In this document: in pieces, positions 9,971 through 16,292 of the stretch
How the letters are laid out: each line of letters begins with the position of its first letter
How positions within the stretch are numbered: the first letter of the stretch is position 1
Source: an uncultured virus (IMG/VR IMGVR_UViG_3300025115_000005)
Taxonomy: Duplodnaviria > Heunggongvirae > Uroviricota > Caudoviricetes
DNA: 20,000 nucleotides
Strand: one strand, 5' to 3'
IMG/VR virus record: IMGVR_UViG_3300025115_000005
Made by a program: the position numbers and the translations under genes
Notes under the pieces: model-generated
Seen by the model: only the letters and a program-made list of their open reading frames with translations
Told to the model about the DNA's origin: nothing
The model's database searches: none

Positions 9971-10282
9971 CGATCTCCGCATTTGATTCACACCCAAGCC
10001 CTAGTGGCGTCTGAACGCCCTACTCGATTGAGCGGAAGATAAAGACCGGCTGGGTAGCTAGAGGTAGCTGGGAAAGTTTCACTGAGCTGTGGATGACATT
10101 CGCCTGTTCCGAACCTTATCGAGATGCCCCCTGGTTTATGGCCCGTGAAGCGATGGTCAAGCTTAAGCCTTGTAACAACACGTGGTGTCTTAGGGATTTC
10201 TTCCTACTCGTAGTGATCTTTAAGTTCAGTTCCTTTGCTAAGGTTAGTTAGTTATTCCTTACTCGGAATTATGTTAACCTCT
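9971..10282. ncRNA. Possible structured non-coding RNA or cis-element, family not recognised
   Basis: GC-richer intergenic stretch with no credible ORF and several hairpins: TCCGC/GCGGA enclosing GGCGT-CTGA-ACGCC; TAGGGA-TTTC-TTCCTA; ATTCC-TTACTC-GGAAT; CCTT-TGCT-AAGG. Confidence 0.3.
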
Positions 10283-10440
10283 TATTTATATATGGCAAGT
10301 ACCCTTGCTTTGTACTGGTTTAGGTATATGTTAAGTGTTGGCAGAGTGTATTTTCTGTGTGTGGAGTGGGTGTGTGTGCTAGCATTCTCTTCCCTACATA
10401 AACCATGTACTTGAGTGGTCAGTAGGTTTACATAATCCGT

Positions 10441-10640
10441 TTGTCCACAATGTGGAATAACTACAAACTTTTTCCTCAAAATGAACTTTGTAATAAGACC
10501 ACAATGTGGAATGGTTAAACATGCATTTTTTAATATATATATATATATTACTTTTTGTATGATACGAATAATAGTGTCCACAGTGTGGAATAAAAACATT
10601 TCCATACAAAAGTTTTCCTAAAGATTCCACAATATGGACA
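10441..10640. promoter_or_regulatory. Four palindromic protein-binding-like sites (TCCACAnTGTGGA) flanking a (TA)n tract; candidate replication origin or operator array
   Basis: Copies at 10444-10456, 10498-10510, 10577-10589 and 10626-10638. An AT-only tract at about 10525-10550 lies between copies 2 and 3. Confidence 0.65.
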
Positions 10641-10652
10641 GGTTTTACTATG

Positions 10653-10740
10653 GTGAATGGCACTGGTCCTAACATCCCTTGAGTTTGGGTGTATGGATAG
10701 AGCAGTGTCGTTCACGATGGTATAAACCGTCAGAAAGGAG
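10653..10740 (+). promoter_or_regulatory. Structured leader of the small-gene cluster (long hairpin, short hairpin, RBS)
   Basis: GTGAATGGCACTG (10653-10665) pairs with CAGTGTCGTTCAC (10703-10715) using two G.U pairs. It is followed by GATGGT-ATAA-ACCGTC and RBS GAAAGGAG. Confidence 0.55.
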
Positions 10741-10747
10741 ATTTCGT

Positions 10748-10993
10748 ATGGGTGAACAAAGATTCGTTAGTATTATCTTCAGAAGTAAAGATGGAAGCGT
10801 CTTTCAATTTGATGAAGAGATCGATGGTAGTTGCAGAGTTTTCTTTGCGAACTGTCGAGATTACAGTGAACGTTTCATTCCGATGTCAGCTGTCTATGAT
10901 AGATATGATAGTTTGATAAAGAGTGGCTGGCGTTTAGACAAGAGTAACATAACTAAAGATGAACTTTTTGAATTGTGTCTTTCATTATGTTAG
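10748..10993 (+). CDS. Hypothetical small phage protein (81 aa)
   Basis: ORF track entry 10679-10993, with the start moved to ATG 10748 behind RBS AAAGGAG. Confidence 0.85.
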   Translation: MGEQRFVSIIFRSKDGSVFQFDEEIDGSCRVFFANCRDYSERFIPMSAVYDRYDSLIKSGWRLDKSNITKDELFELCLSLC

Positions 10994-11078
10994 AGAGAGT
11001 TTCGGCTCTCTTCATCTGAGCACATCAGCGATGGTGTGTTGAGATGAGGTATGAAGCCTCAAGAAAGAGAAGGAAAAA
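10994..11078 (+). repeat. Structured intergenic spacer, type A
   Basis: AGAGAGT-TTCG-GCTCTCT; CATCT-G-AGCACATCA-GCGA-TGGTGTGTT-G-AGATG; GAGGT-ATGAA-GCCTC; purine-rich RBS. Near-identical to 12373-12459. Confidence 0.92.
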
Positions 11079-11369
11079 ATGAGAACGTTATTTTCAAAAT
11101 GGTCATACGAATTAAGTATGACAGAAACTTTGTTAGTGAGCATGGTTTATAATAAACCAACAAATGCTCACATGTTCACGAAAGTCTCTGAGGTGTTTGT
11201 TCACCACGAAGGGACTTTTATTTTAGTTGAATGGCGATTTGATGAGGATATCTATAAGCCAGCGTATGGCTTTAGATTTGCTCTCATAAGTCCATTAGAT
11301 GTAGTGTTTTTTGCTGTAGATGAAATACCTGCAGCAATAAATATTCAACGTCTAATAAATGTTGAATAA
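11079..11369 (+). CDS. Hypothetical small phage protein (96 aa)
   Basis: ORF with an AAGGA RBS supplied by spacer A; fills the space between spacers A and B. Confidence 0.85.
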   Translation: MRTLFSKWSYELSMTETLLVSMVYNKPTNAHMFTKVSEVFVHHEGTFILVEWRFDEDIYKPAYGFRFALISPLDVVFFAVDEIPAAINIQRLINVE

Positions 11370-11370
11370 A

Positions 11371-11464
11371 AAGGGAGCTTCGGCTCTCTTCACTTGAAGA
11401 CCTATCATTGTATAGATCTTGAAGTGTGGAGAGTAGAACTTCACAAGAAAAAAGGAGAATTACA
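11371..11464 (+). repeat. Structured intergenic spacer, type B
   Basis: AAGGGAGC-TTCG-GCTCTCTT; CACTT-G-AAGACCTAT-CATTGT-ATAGATCTT-G-AAGTG; GTGGAG-AGTAGAA-CTTCAC; RBS AAGGAG. 11375-11452 is identical to 12097-12174. Confidence 0.92.
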
Positions 11465-11692
11465 ATGGAAGTTTATTTTTTTGCAGATATGTTAAAGGAT
11501 GTTGTTTTTGTATCATTGCATGGTCGTGGTCAATCAACATGCGATGATTACTATGATATTGCCTGTCATGTTAGAGGTCATGATGGTTGGACACATTACT
11601 TTCATGATCTTAATATTGCCAAGGCATATGGTGAACTTCTGGTGTCTTATGGTTATACCTATAAGATATCGATAATTCTAAATGTGATTTGA
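11465..11692 (+). CDS. Hypothetical small phage protein (75 aa)
   Basis: ORF track entry 11426-11692, with the start moved to ATG 11465 behind RBS AAGGAG. Confidence 0.85.
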   Translation: MEVYFFADMLKDVVFVSLHGRGQSTCDDYYDIACHVRGHDGWTHYFHDLNIAKAYGELLVSYGYTYKISIILNVI

Positions 11693-11695
11693 TTA

Positions 11696-11800
11696 GAGGA
11701 TATTTTCCTCCTCTTTTCTTGAACCAGTTAGTTTATGACTGGTTGAAGAATAGAGTAAAATCTCTATATGAAAAATAAATTTTCCTGGAAGGAGGAAAAA
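11696..11800 (+). repeat. Structured intergenic spacer, type C (divergent sequence, same fold)
   Basis: GAGGA-TATTT-TCCTC; TTCTT-G-AACCAGTTA-GTTTA-TGACTGGTT-G-AAGAA; ATAGAG-TAAAAT-CTCTAT; RBS AAGGAGG. Confidence 0.8.
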
Positions 11801-12088
11801 ATGAATAAAGAAAACATGTTTAGACTTTATGAATTACTAACAACTATTGTGAAAGGCAATAAGAAAGTAAATTTCTGTTCATTGCACTTTACAAACAGTC
11901 ATAAAGAAGAATGTCATTACTACATAAGTTTAACACCTATGAAAAATTCTTATGATAGCATTGACATTACTACTTCATTGGTTGATAGTGATTTTTATGA
12001 AGTCGAATATGGATATGGTAAATATCGTAGTTTAACTTTCGATGATTGTGTATCATTTGTTAAAAATATGATTGAAGCCAAATTCTAA
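11801..12088 (+). CDS. Hypothetical small phage protein (95 aa)
   Basis: ORF track entry 11768-12088, with the start moved to ATG 11801 behind AAGGAGG. Confidence 0.85.
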   Translation: MNKENMFRLYELLTTIVKGNKKVNFCSLHFTNSHKEECHYYISLTPMKNSYDSIDITTSLVDSDFYEVEYGYGKYRSLTFDDCVSFVKNMIEAKF

Positions 12089-12093
12089 TTGAT

Positions 12094-12187
12094 AGAGAGC
12101 TTCGGCTCTCTTCACTTGAAGACCTATCATTGTATAGATCTTGAAGTGTGGAGAGTAGAACTTCACAAGAAAAAGGAAGGTATAGGC
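12094..12187 (+). repeat. Structured intergenic spacer, type B (second copy, B')
   Basis: 78-bp core identical to spacer B, 722 bp upstream. Confidence 0.92.
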
Positions 12188-12370
12188 ATGGAAAAGGTTT
12201 GGTTGTTAGTAGAAACTAACGATAAGTCTGAAGTATTTAGTATCAGAGTTTATGGTAGTAAATTGTCAGCTCTTGAAGCTTACTATGGTTACATGTCCAA
12301 TGTAGATAACGTTGATTATCGTAATTGGAAACGTATCCTTGTGATTGCTGAACAAGAAATTATTAAATGA
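12188..12370 (+). CDS. Hypothetical small phage protein (60 aa)
   Basis: MEKVWLLVETND...; start moved from 12089 to ATG 12188 behind AAGGAAGG. Confidence 0.82.
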   Translation: MEKVWLLVETNDKSEVFSIRVYGSKLSALEAYYGYMSNVDNVDYRNWKRILVIAEQEIIK

Positions 12371-12372
12371 TT

Positions 12373-12459
12373 GAGAGCTGAGGCTCTCTTCATCTGAGCA
12401 CATCAGCGATGGTGTGTTGAGATGAGGTAAGGAGCCTCAAGAAAGAGAAGGAGAAAGAC
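12373..12459 (+). repeat. Structured intergenic spacer, type A (second copy, A')
   Basis: 12382-12429 is identical to 11004-11051 (offset 1378). Differences within the structured part lie in hairpin loops and one closing pair. Confidence 0.92.
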
Positions 12460-12801
12460 ATGTTAGAATTATTGGTTGTCATGTTTGCTTTCTTGGCAAG
12501 CATATTTCTTCAGGCATTCATGGTGAATGTTCCTGTTGGAGAAGCTAAGGTTGATTGTGATATCAACATTGAAGATGTAATAAATAGACACGGTAAGATC
12601 ATCAGCTTTGAGGATTGCGATTATCCGGACGATGACTACGTCGATGATATGTTATTACCTAAGCATGAGTCTGTTAGTGTAGAGATAGCTCATAAGCATA
12701 GTAAGCATCGTAAGTATAAAGATCGTCTGTATGATAAACGTTGTCTTGGTCAGCAACCTAAGTATAAGAACCGTGTGTGGAGTAGGAAGTATGGCTCGTA
12801 A
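12460..12801 (+). CDS. Hypothetical protein with N-terminal hydrophobic (TM/signal-like) segment and basic C-terminus (113 aa)
   Basis: RBS AAGGAG; begins MLELLVVMFAFLASIFLQAFMV; acidic middle; Lys/Arg/His-rich tail. Confidence 0.8.
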   Translation: MLELLVVMFAFLASIFLQAFMVNVPVGEAKVDCDINIEDVINRHGKIISFEDCDYPDDDYVDDMLLPKHESVSVEIAHKHSKHRKYKDRLYDKRCLGQQPKYKNRVWSRKYGS

Positions 12802-13174
12802 TCTTACCTTAGAGAAAGTCAACAATACGTTTGGCTACTCAAGATTTAATTGCATGGGCTATGCCCTAGACACTCCAGATTGGATGTATGTAAGTATCAT
12901 CGATAGTGATATGAAACATTTTGGTTACGAACGCTGTGAGTTTGCTGACATCATCCTTGGTAAGTATGAAGGCATAGCCTATCGTTATGGTTCTTGTGAT
13001 TGGCATTTTGCATATATAGCAGTGGATGGTTCAATCACTCATAAGCCTGGATGTATGCTGGTTCAGACAATGACAACGGAGGAGTTACTTTATCCTGAGG
13101 GTTGGTGTGCTACTCCGCTCGGTTATTACTATGATTCACCTATTACATTTTATAGAAGGGAGGTGAAACAATGA
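12791..13174 (+). CDS. Putative papain-like (Cys-His) peptidase/amidase-fold protein (127 aa)
   Basis: Motifs FNCMGYAL, DWHF and DGSITHKPG resemble the NCxxYA..D[YW]HF..DGxWSHKPG pattern I recall from small papain-fold proteins. Start ATG 12791 behind AGGAAG. Confidence 0.55.
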   Translation: MARNLTLEKVNNTFGYSRFNCMGYALDTPDWMYVSIIDSDMKHFGYERCEFADIILGKYEGIAYRYGSCDWHFAYIAVDGSITHKPGCMLVQTMTTEELLYPEGWCATPLGYYYDSPITFYRREVKQ

Positions 13175-13365
13175 ACGCTAGTGCTTTAAGTTGGCATCGG
13201 CTTGGCAAATGTCATCCTGCTAAAGGGTTTAAGTATTATGCTACAGTTATCTCTCGTAACTTAACTGAAGAATCATGGACACAATACTTTAATGACAAGG
13301 ATCTAAGAGATGAATACGTGAAGAGTCTTGAGAAAGACTATGTTGTTTTAAGTGGTCAGAAATAA
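13171..13365 (+). CDS. Hypothetical protein (64 aa)
   Basis: RBS GGAGGTG; ATGA overlap with the upstream stop. Confidence 0.85.
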   Translation: MNASALSWHRLGKCHPAKGFKYYATVISRNLTEESWTQYFNDKDLRDEYVKSLEKDYVVLSGQK

Positions 13366-13374
13366 GGAGGACTT

Positions 13375-13845
13375 ATGAAGAAACAATATTTTAAAGAGAC
13401 GGATTATGTCAAGCCTAATGGTCTATCATTACAAGATGTACTGATGGGACCTTTGCTTGATCATTTGATTCCGTTCACTATTGTCGTTTATGACATGAAG
13501 ACAAACACATCTACGAAAGATCAACGTGAGATTAAATGGGATACTAAGTATCTATCACGTCGTGTGTTTGCGTTCAGCCTCGAAGAAAAAGACGGACATC
13601 GTACAGTTACATTTGATGTAGAATCAGCTCGACCTTTGACAGATAAACGTCTGTTCAGAGTAAGACCTACTAAGACGTTCTTTTTTAAAGAGGACCAGAG
13701 GGTAGGTGTTGATGTAACTTATCGTGGTTCAATAGTGTTCGTTGCTGTTGATAAGAAAGATGCTGAAAGATATATCAATGTATTTATTCAAGGCGTCCTA
13801 CATACCCTGACTGGTGTGTTGATTGATCAATACTTTAAGAGATAG
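13375..13845 (+). CDS. Hypothetical protein (156 aa)
   Basis: RBS AAGGAGG; clean ORF. Confidence 0.88.
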   Translation: MKKQYFKETDYVKPNGLSLQDVLMGPLLDHLIPFTIVVYDMKTNTSTKDQREIKWDTKYLSRRVFAFSLEEKDGHRTVTFDVESARPLTDKRLFRVRPTKTFFFKEDQRVGVDVTYRGSIVFVAVDKKDAERYINVFIQGVLHTLTGVLIDQYFKR

Positions 13846-13854
13846 TTGAAAGAT

Positions 13855-13888
13855 AAAGCATGGCTAAATATGGTCATGCTTTTGATTT
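13855..13888 (+). terminator. Putative intrinsic terminator
   Basis: AAAGCATGGCTA-AATA-TGGTCATGCTTT followed by TGATTT, just after the stop at 13845. Confidence 0.55.
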
Positions 13889-13954
13889 GAGCTAAGTGCT
13901 CTTACTAAGTCTACCCGAGACAGTCGGTACTACACATGTAGGGAAAGGTCAACC

Positions 13955-14209
13955 ATGACAAAGAAATGGTTAAAGAAATTGTCTGAGGAAGCAGTTCATA
14001 ACTTGCTTCAAGAATGTGCTGAGTCTGAGCTTAACAATCAATCTTATGTTGTTAAGTTAGAAGACGGTAAGTTTGTGTACTATGACAAAGTCACACAACT
14101 TGTTAGCCATATCATTAGTGTACGCAGTGAAAAGACTGTGTTGATTGATGCACTACAGTTTACTAATGACAGCAGACAATTAAATAAGATTCAAACTATG
14201 CTACAATAA
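13955..14209 (+). CDS. Hypothetical protein (84 aa)
   Basis: RBS GGAAAGGT; clean ORF. Confidence 0.82.
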   Translation: MTKKWLKKLSEEAVHNLLQECAESELNNQSYVVKLEDGKFVYYDKVTQLVSHIISVRSEKTVLIDALQFTNDSRQLNKIQTMLQ

Positions 14210-14313
14210 AAGTAGCATTGTTTGTGGAGATAGCCATCCTCTCGGGGATGACTTGATCTAGAGACATATGAGCTCTCGTCAGTGAAGACAGATAAAACTC
14301 AAGGAGAATCTAC

Positions 14314-14517
14314 ATGGGATATACTGTAGGTACTATTTTAAAGGGACGATTTGTTTCGTCATTAGAGACTAAGAATCGTGGTAAAGCTTTCGAACATGGC
14401 AAGAAGATTGCTTCGCTTGGTGTGACAGGTATCATCACACAGGATGATGTCTATCCATCAAAGACTTATCACGTTCACTTGAGACCTACTAAAGGTTTCT
14501 ATATTGAACGTGTATGA
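14314..14517 (+). CDS. Hypothetical protein (67 aa)
   Basis: RBS AAGGAG; ATGA coupling to the next gene. Confidence 0.82.
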   Translation: MGYTVGTILKGRFVSSLETKNRGKAFEHGKKIASLGVTGIITQDDVYPSKTYHVHLRPTKGFYIERV

Positions 14518-14738
14518 AGCCAGGAGATAAGGTTGTTGTTCGCATGGATGTAGGTTTGTATGTGCCTACATATCGTTCAGTCCATGCTATTATTGTTGAG
14601 CAAGATCATCAGCTTGCAGTTCAGACAGATCGTGGTGTCACTTTGATTGATACAATCATTCCTTATATGGACATTATTTCAGAGGATCAATTCAATCGAG
14701 ATGATCCTAATCTTTATAGTGGTGTCTTATACCTATGA
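14514..14738 (+). CDS. Hypothetical protein (74 aa), possibly SH3/KOW-like beta fold
   Basis: Start MKPGDKVVVR is typical of small beta-barrel proteins; ATGA overlaps on both sides. Confidence 0.78.
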   Translation: MKPGDKVVVRMDVGLYVPTYRSVHAIIVEQDHQLAVQTDRGVTLIDTIIPYMDIISEDQFNRDDPNLYSGVLYL

Positions 14739-14941
14739 GCATACTCTATAAGTATGATGGTGCGGTTTGGAATGGCGATGTCATTTATAAAACCGTGGTC
14801 GAGTATGTTCATGCTCATGACAAACGACACGCTATTGTGCTATTAGAAAGACGTCTTAAGTCTAAGTATCCAGAGATATCGTTTGTTCATTTGCGTGAAT
14901 CAAACTTATCCGTTGTCCCTAAACGGACACAAGAGGGCTAA
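14735..14941 (+). CDS. Hypothetical protein (68 aa)
   Basis: ATGA overlap with the upstream gene; followed by a terminator-like hairpin. Confidence 0.8.
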   Translation: MSILYKYDGAVWNGDVIYKTVVEYVHAHDKRHAIVLLERRLKSKYPEISFVHLRESNLSVVPKRTQEG

Positions 14942-14958
14942 GTATGGCCCTTTTTATT
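14931..14958 (+). terminator. Putative intrinsic terminator
   Basis: AGGGCTA-AGTA-TGGCCCT followed by TTTTATT. Confidence 0.65.
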
Positions 14959-14988
14959 ATATGATTTGTCTACAAGGAGGACAGATAT

Positions 14989-15279
14989 ATGGATGATCAA
15001 GTAACAAAACCTGTCAATGAGCTTATGGATTTGTTCATTGGTTGTGGTTTTAAGCTTGAACGTAAGGAAGAGGGTAGTCATTTACATCTTATCTTTACGA
15101 TGCGAACTTATCGCTTCAAGTTTAATATCAACCATCAAACACGTAAGCTAGTAGGTGTTGAGGTCCCACGCATGGTGTGGACAGGTTGGATTGATAAAGA
15201 AGTTGGTCAATTAAAACTAACTAATATAGTTGGTGTGATGGACAAACTCTTGGTAAGTGGAGGTTATAAGAGTGCCTAA
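14989..15279 (+). CDS. Hypothetical protein (96 aa)
   Basis: RBS AAGGAGG. Confidence 0.87.
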   Translation: MDDQVTKPVNELMDLFIGCGFKLERKEEGSHLHLIFTMRTYRFKFNINHQTRKLVGVEVPRMVWTGWIDKEVGQLKLTNIVGVMDKLLVSGGYKSA

Positions 15280-15553
15280 GTATCATGATCAAGAAATTCT
15301 TAAGGATCATTTCAAACATTGTATTGAGATGATAGGTAAGCCTAATGGTAAGTCTCTTGACGAGCTTATAGAAATTCATGAGGAATTACGTCAAGAGGCA
15401 CAGCATGATGTCAATAAGATTACTTCTTATACTGCACCTGAGGATGCTAAAGCTAGACGTCAATCTTTATATTGGCATGAAGATATGCTTGACATGCTAA
15501 AGAATTATAATGATTCAGCTGAGTTTCAAGCAGAGATTCTTCGAGGTAAGTGA
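15272..15553 (+). CDS. Hypothetical protein (93 aa)
   Basis: ORF track entry 15257-15553; likely start GTG 15272 behind GGAGGT. Confidence 0.82.
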   Translation: MPKYHDQEILKDHFKHCIEMIGKPNGKSLDELIEIHEELRQEAQHDVNKITSYTAPEDAKARRQSLYWHEDMLDMLKNYNDSAEFQAEILRGK

Positions 15554-15554
15554 C

Positions 15555-15902
15555 ATGGCTGTTAGAGATTTAATACCTAACAAAAGATTTAATCTTTATC
15601 CAGAGTCTCCGATTATAAATGTGATTTATTATAGCACTAAAGCCAAGCTTAAACCTCAAGAGATACTGGTTAAGTTTAATATGTTAATAGAAGAAGCTAC
15701 CATACTTCATGACTTCACTCTTGAGAAAGAGCGTATGTTAATTATCAAACATGGAAAGCAGCACTATTCTATTAGTGTAGCAGGTGATCATACGCATTCT
15801 TACGCACGTGTGGTACCTTTTCTATCTACTCAGTATGATGTTGTGTTGGAATCACTCAATAATTATATTGATTTATTTCAGACGAAAGGTAAGGTAGCTT
15901 AA
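15555..15902 (+). CDS. Hypothetical protein (115 aa)
   Basis: ORF track entry 15510-15902; likely start ATG 15555 behind GAGGT, 1 nt after the upstream stop. Confidence 0.82.
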   Translation: MAVRDLIPNKRFNLYPESPIINVIYYSTKAKLKPQEILVKFNMLIEEATILHDFTLEKERMLIIKHGKQHYSISVAGDHTHSYARVVPFLSTQYDVVLESLNNYIDLFQTKGKVA

Positions 15903-16069
15903 TGAATCAAGTTAAGTTTGATGTGGATACATTAACATTAAAGGAAGTCCCTCTTACTAAGAAGGACTTAGATAGACTTAGAGTGACAGCTAAAACATTT
16001 ACCTCAAAGAAAGGAGGTGACAAACATGCTTGTTCTAGTTGCAAAAAATGTTCTTGCGGAAGACGATAA
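15902..16069 (+). CDS. Small hypothetical protein (55 aa), not in the ORF track
   Basis: TAATG stop/start overlap and AAGGT RBS; reads MNQVKFDVDTLTLKEVPLTKKDLDRLRVTAKTF...; fills the gap but overlaps the next gene by 44 nt. Confidence 0.6.
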   Translation: MNQVKFDVDTLTLKEVPLTKKDLDRLRVTAKTFTSKKGGDKHACSSCKKCSCGRR

Positions 16070-16292
16070 TCAGATTACTATTAGTAAGAAAGATATTCAA
16101 TTTTTAACAGTAGATCCTGATGCAATGATGGTTGCTATTATTAAAGATGCTCCTCTTCCTAATGGAGCATTCTCTATGGAAGCAATTGCTGGGGGTACTT
16201 ACCCTACTCAGTGTCGTATGCTTGTGGCTATGTCTGCTCACATTCATCAGAATGCTTTCGGTACTATTAATAAGGAGGAAAGAAAGATATGA
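16026..16292 (+). CDS. Hypothetical protein (88 aa)
   Basis: Perfect RBS AAGGAGGTGA before ATG 16026. Confidence 0.85.
   Translation: MLVLVAKNVLAEDDNQITISKKDIQFLTVDPDAMMVAIIKDAPLPNGAFSMEAIAGGTYPTQCRMLVAMSAHIHQNAFGTINKEERKI

Noticed and set aside
10282..10675. Two minus-strand ORFs with a repeated IPHCG motif
   Set aside because: The motif is just the translation of the palindromic DNA repeat. The frames run through (TA)n and (GT)n tracts (IYIYI, THTH) and have no RBS.
10679..12187. Longer track starts at 10679, 11426, 11768 and 12089
   Set aside because: They read through the structured spacers; downstream ATGs have clear RBSs.
10994..12459. CRISPR array
   Set aside because: The repeats are ~85-105 nt and of three types, the intervening sequences are complete 180-290 nt genes, and no cas genes are present.
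10994..12459. Canonical integron attC sites
   Set aside because: No RYYYAAC/GTTRRRY core pair bounds the stems and no tyrosine integrase is in the window; kept only as an analogy.
10994..12459. Hammerhead ribozymes, plain terminators or sigma70 promoters as the explanation for the spacers
   Set aside because: There is no CUGANGA/GAAA core. H1 is followed by TTCA rather than a U-tract in A and B. The TTGAAG/TTGAGA hexamers have no properly spaced -10.
16026..16069. Cys-rich tail HACSSCKKCSC of the 15902 ORF as a metal-binding motif
   Set aside because: It falls entirely within the overlap with the next gene and is explained by out-of-frame reading of its Leu/Val/Ala codons.
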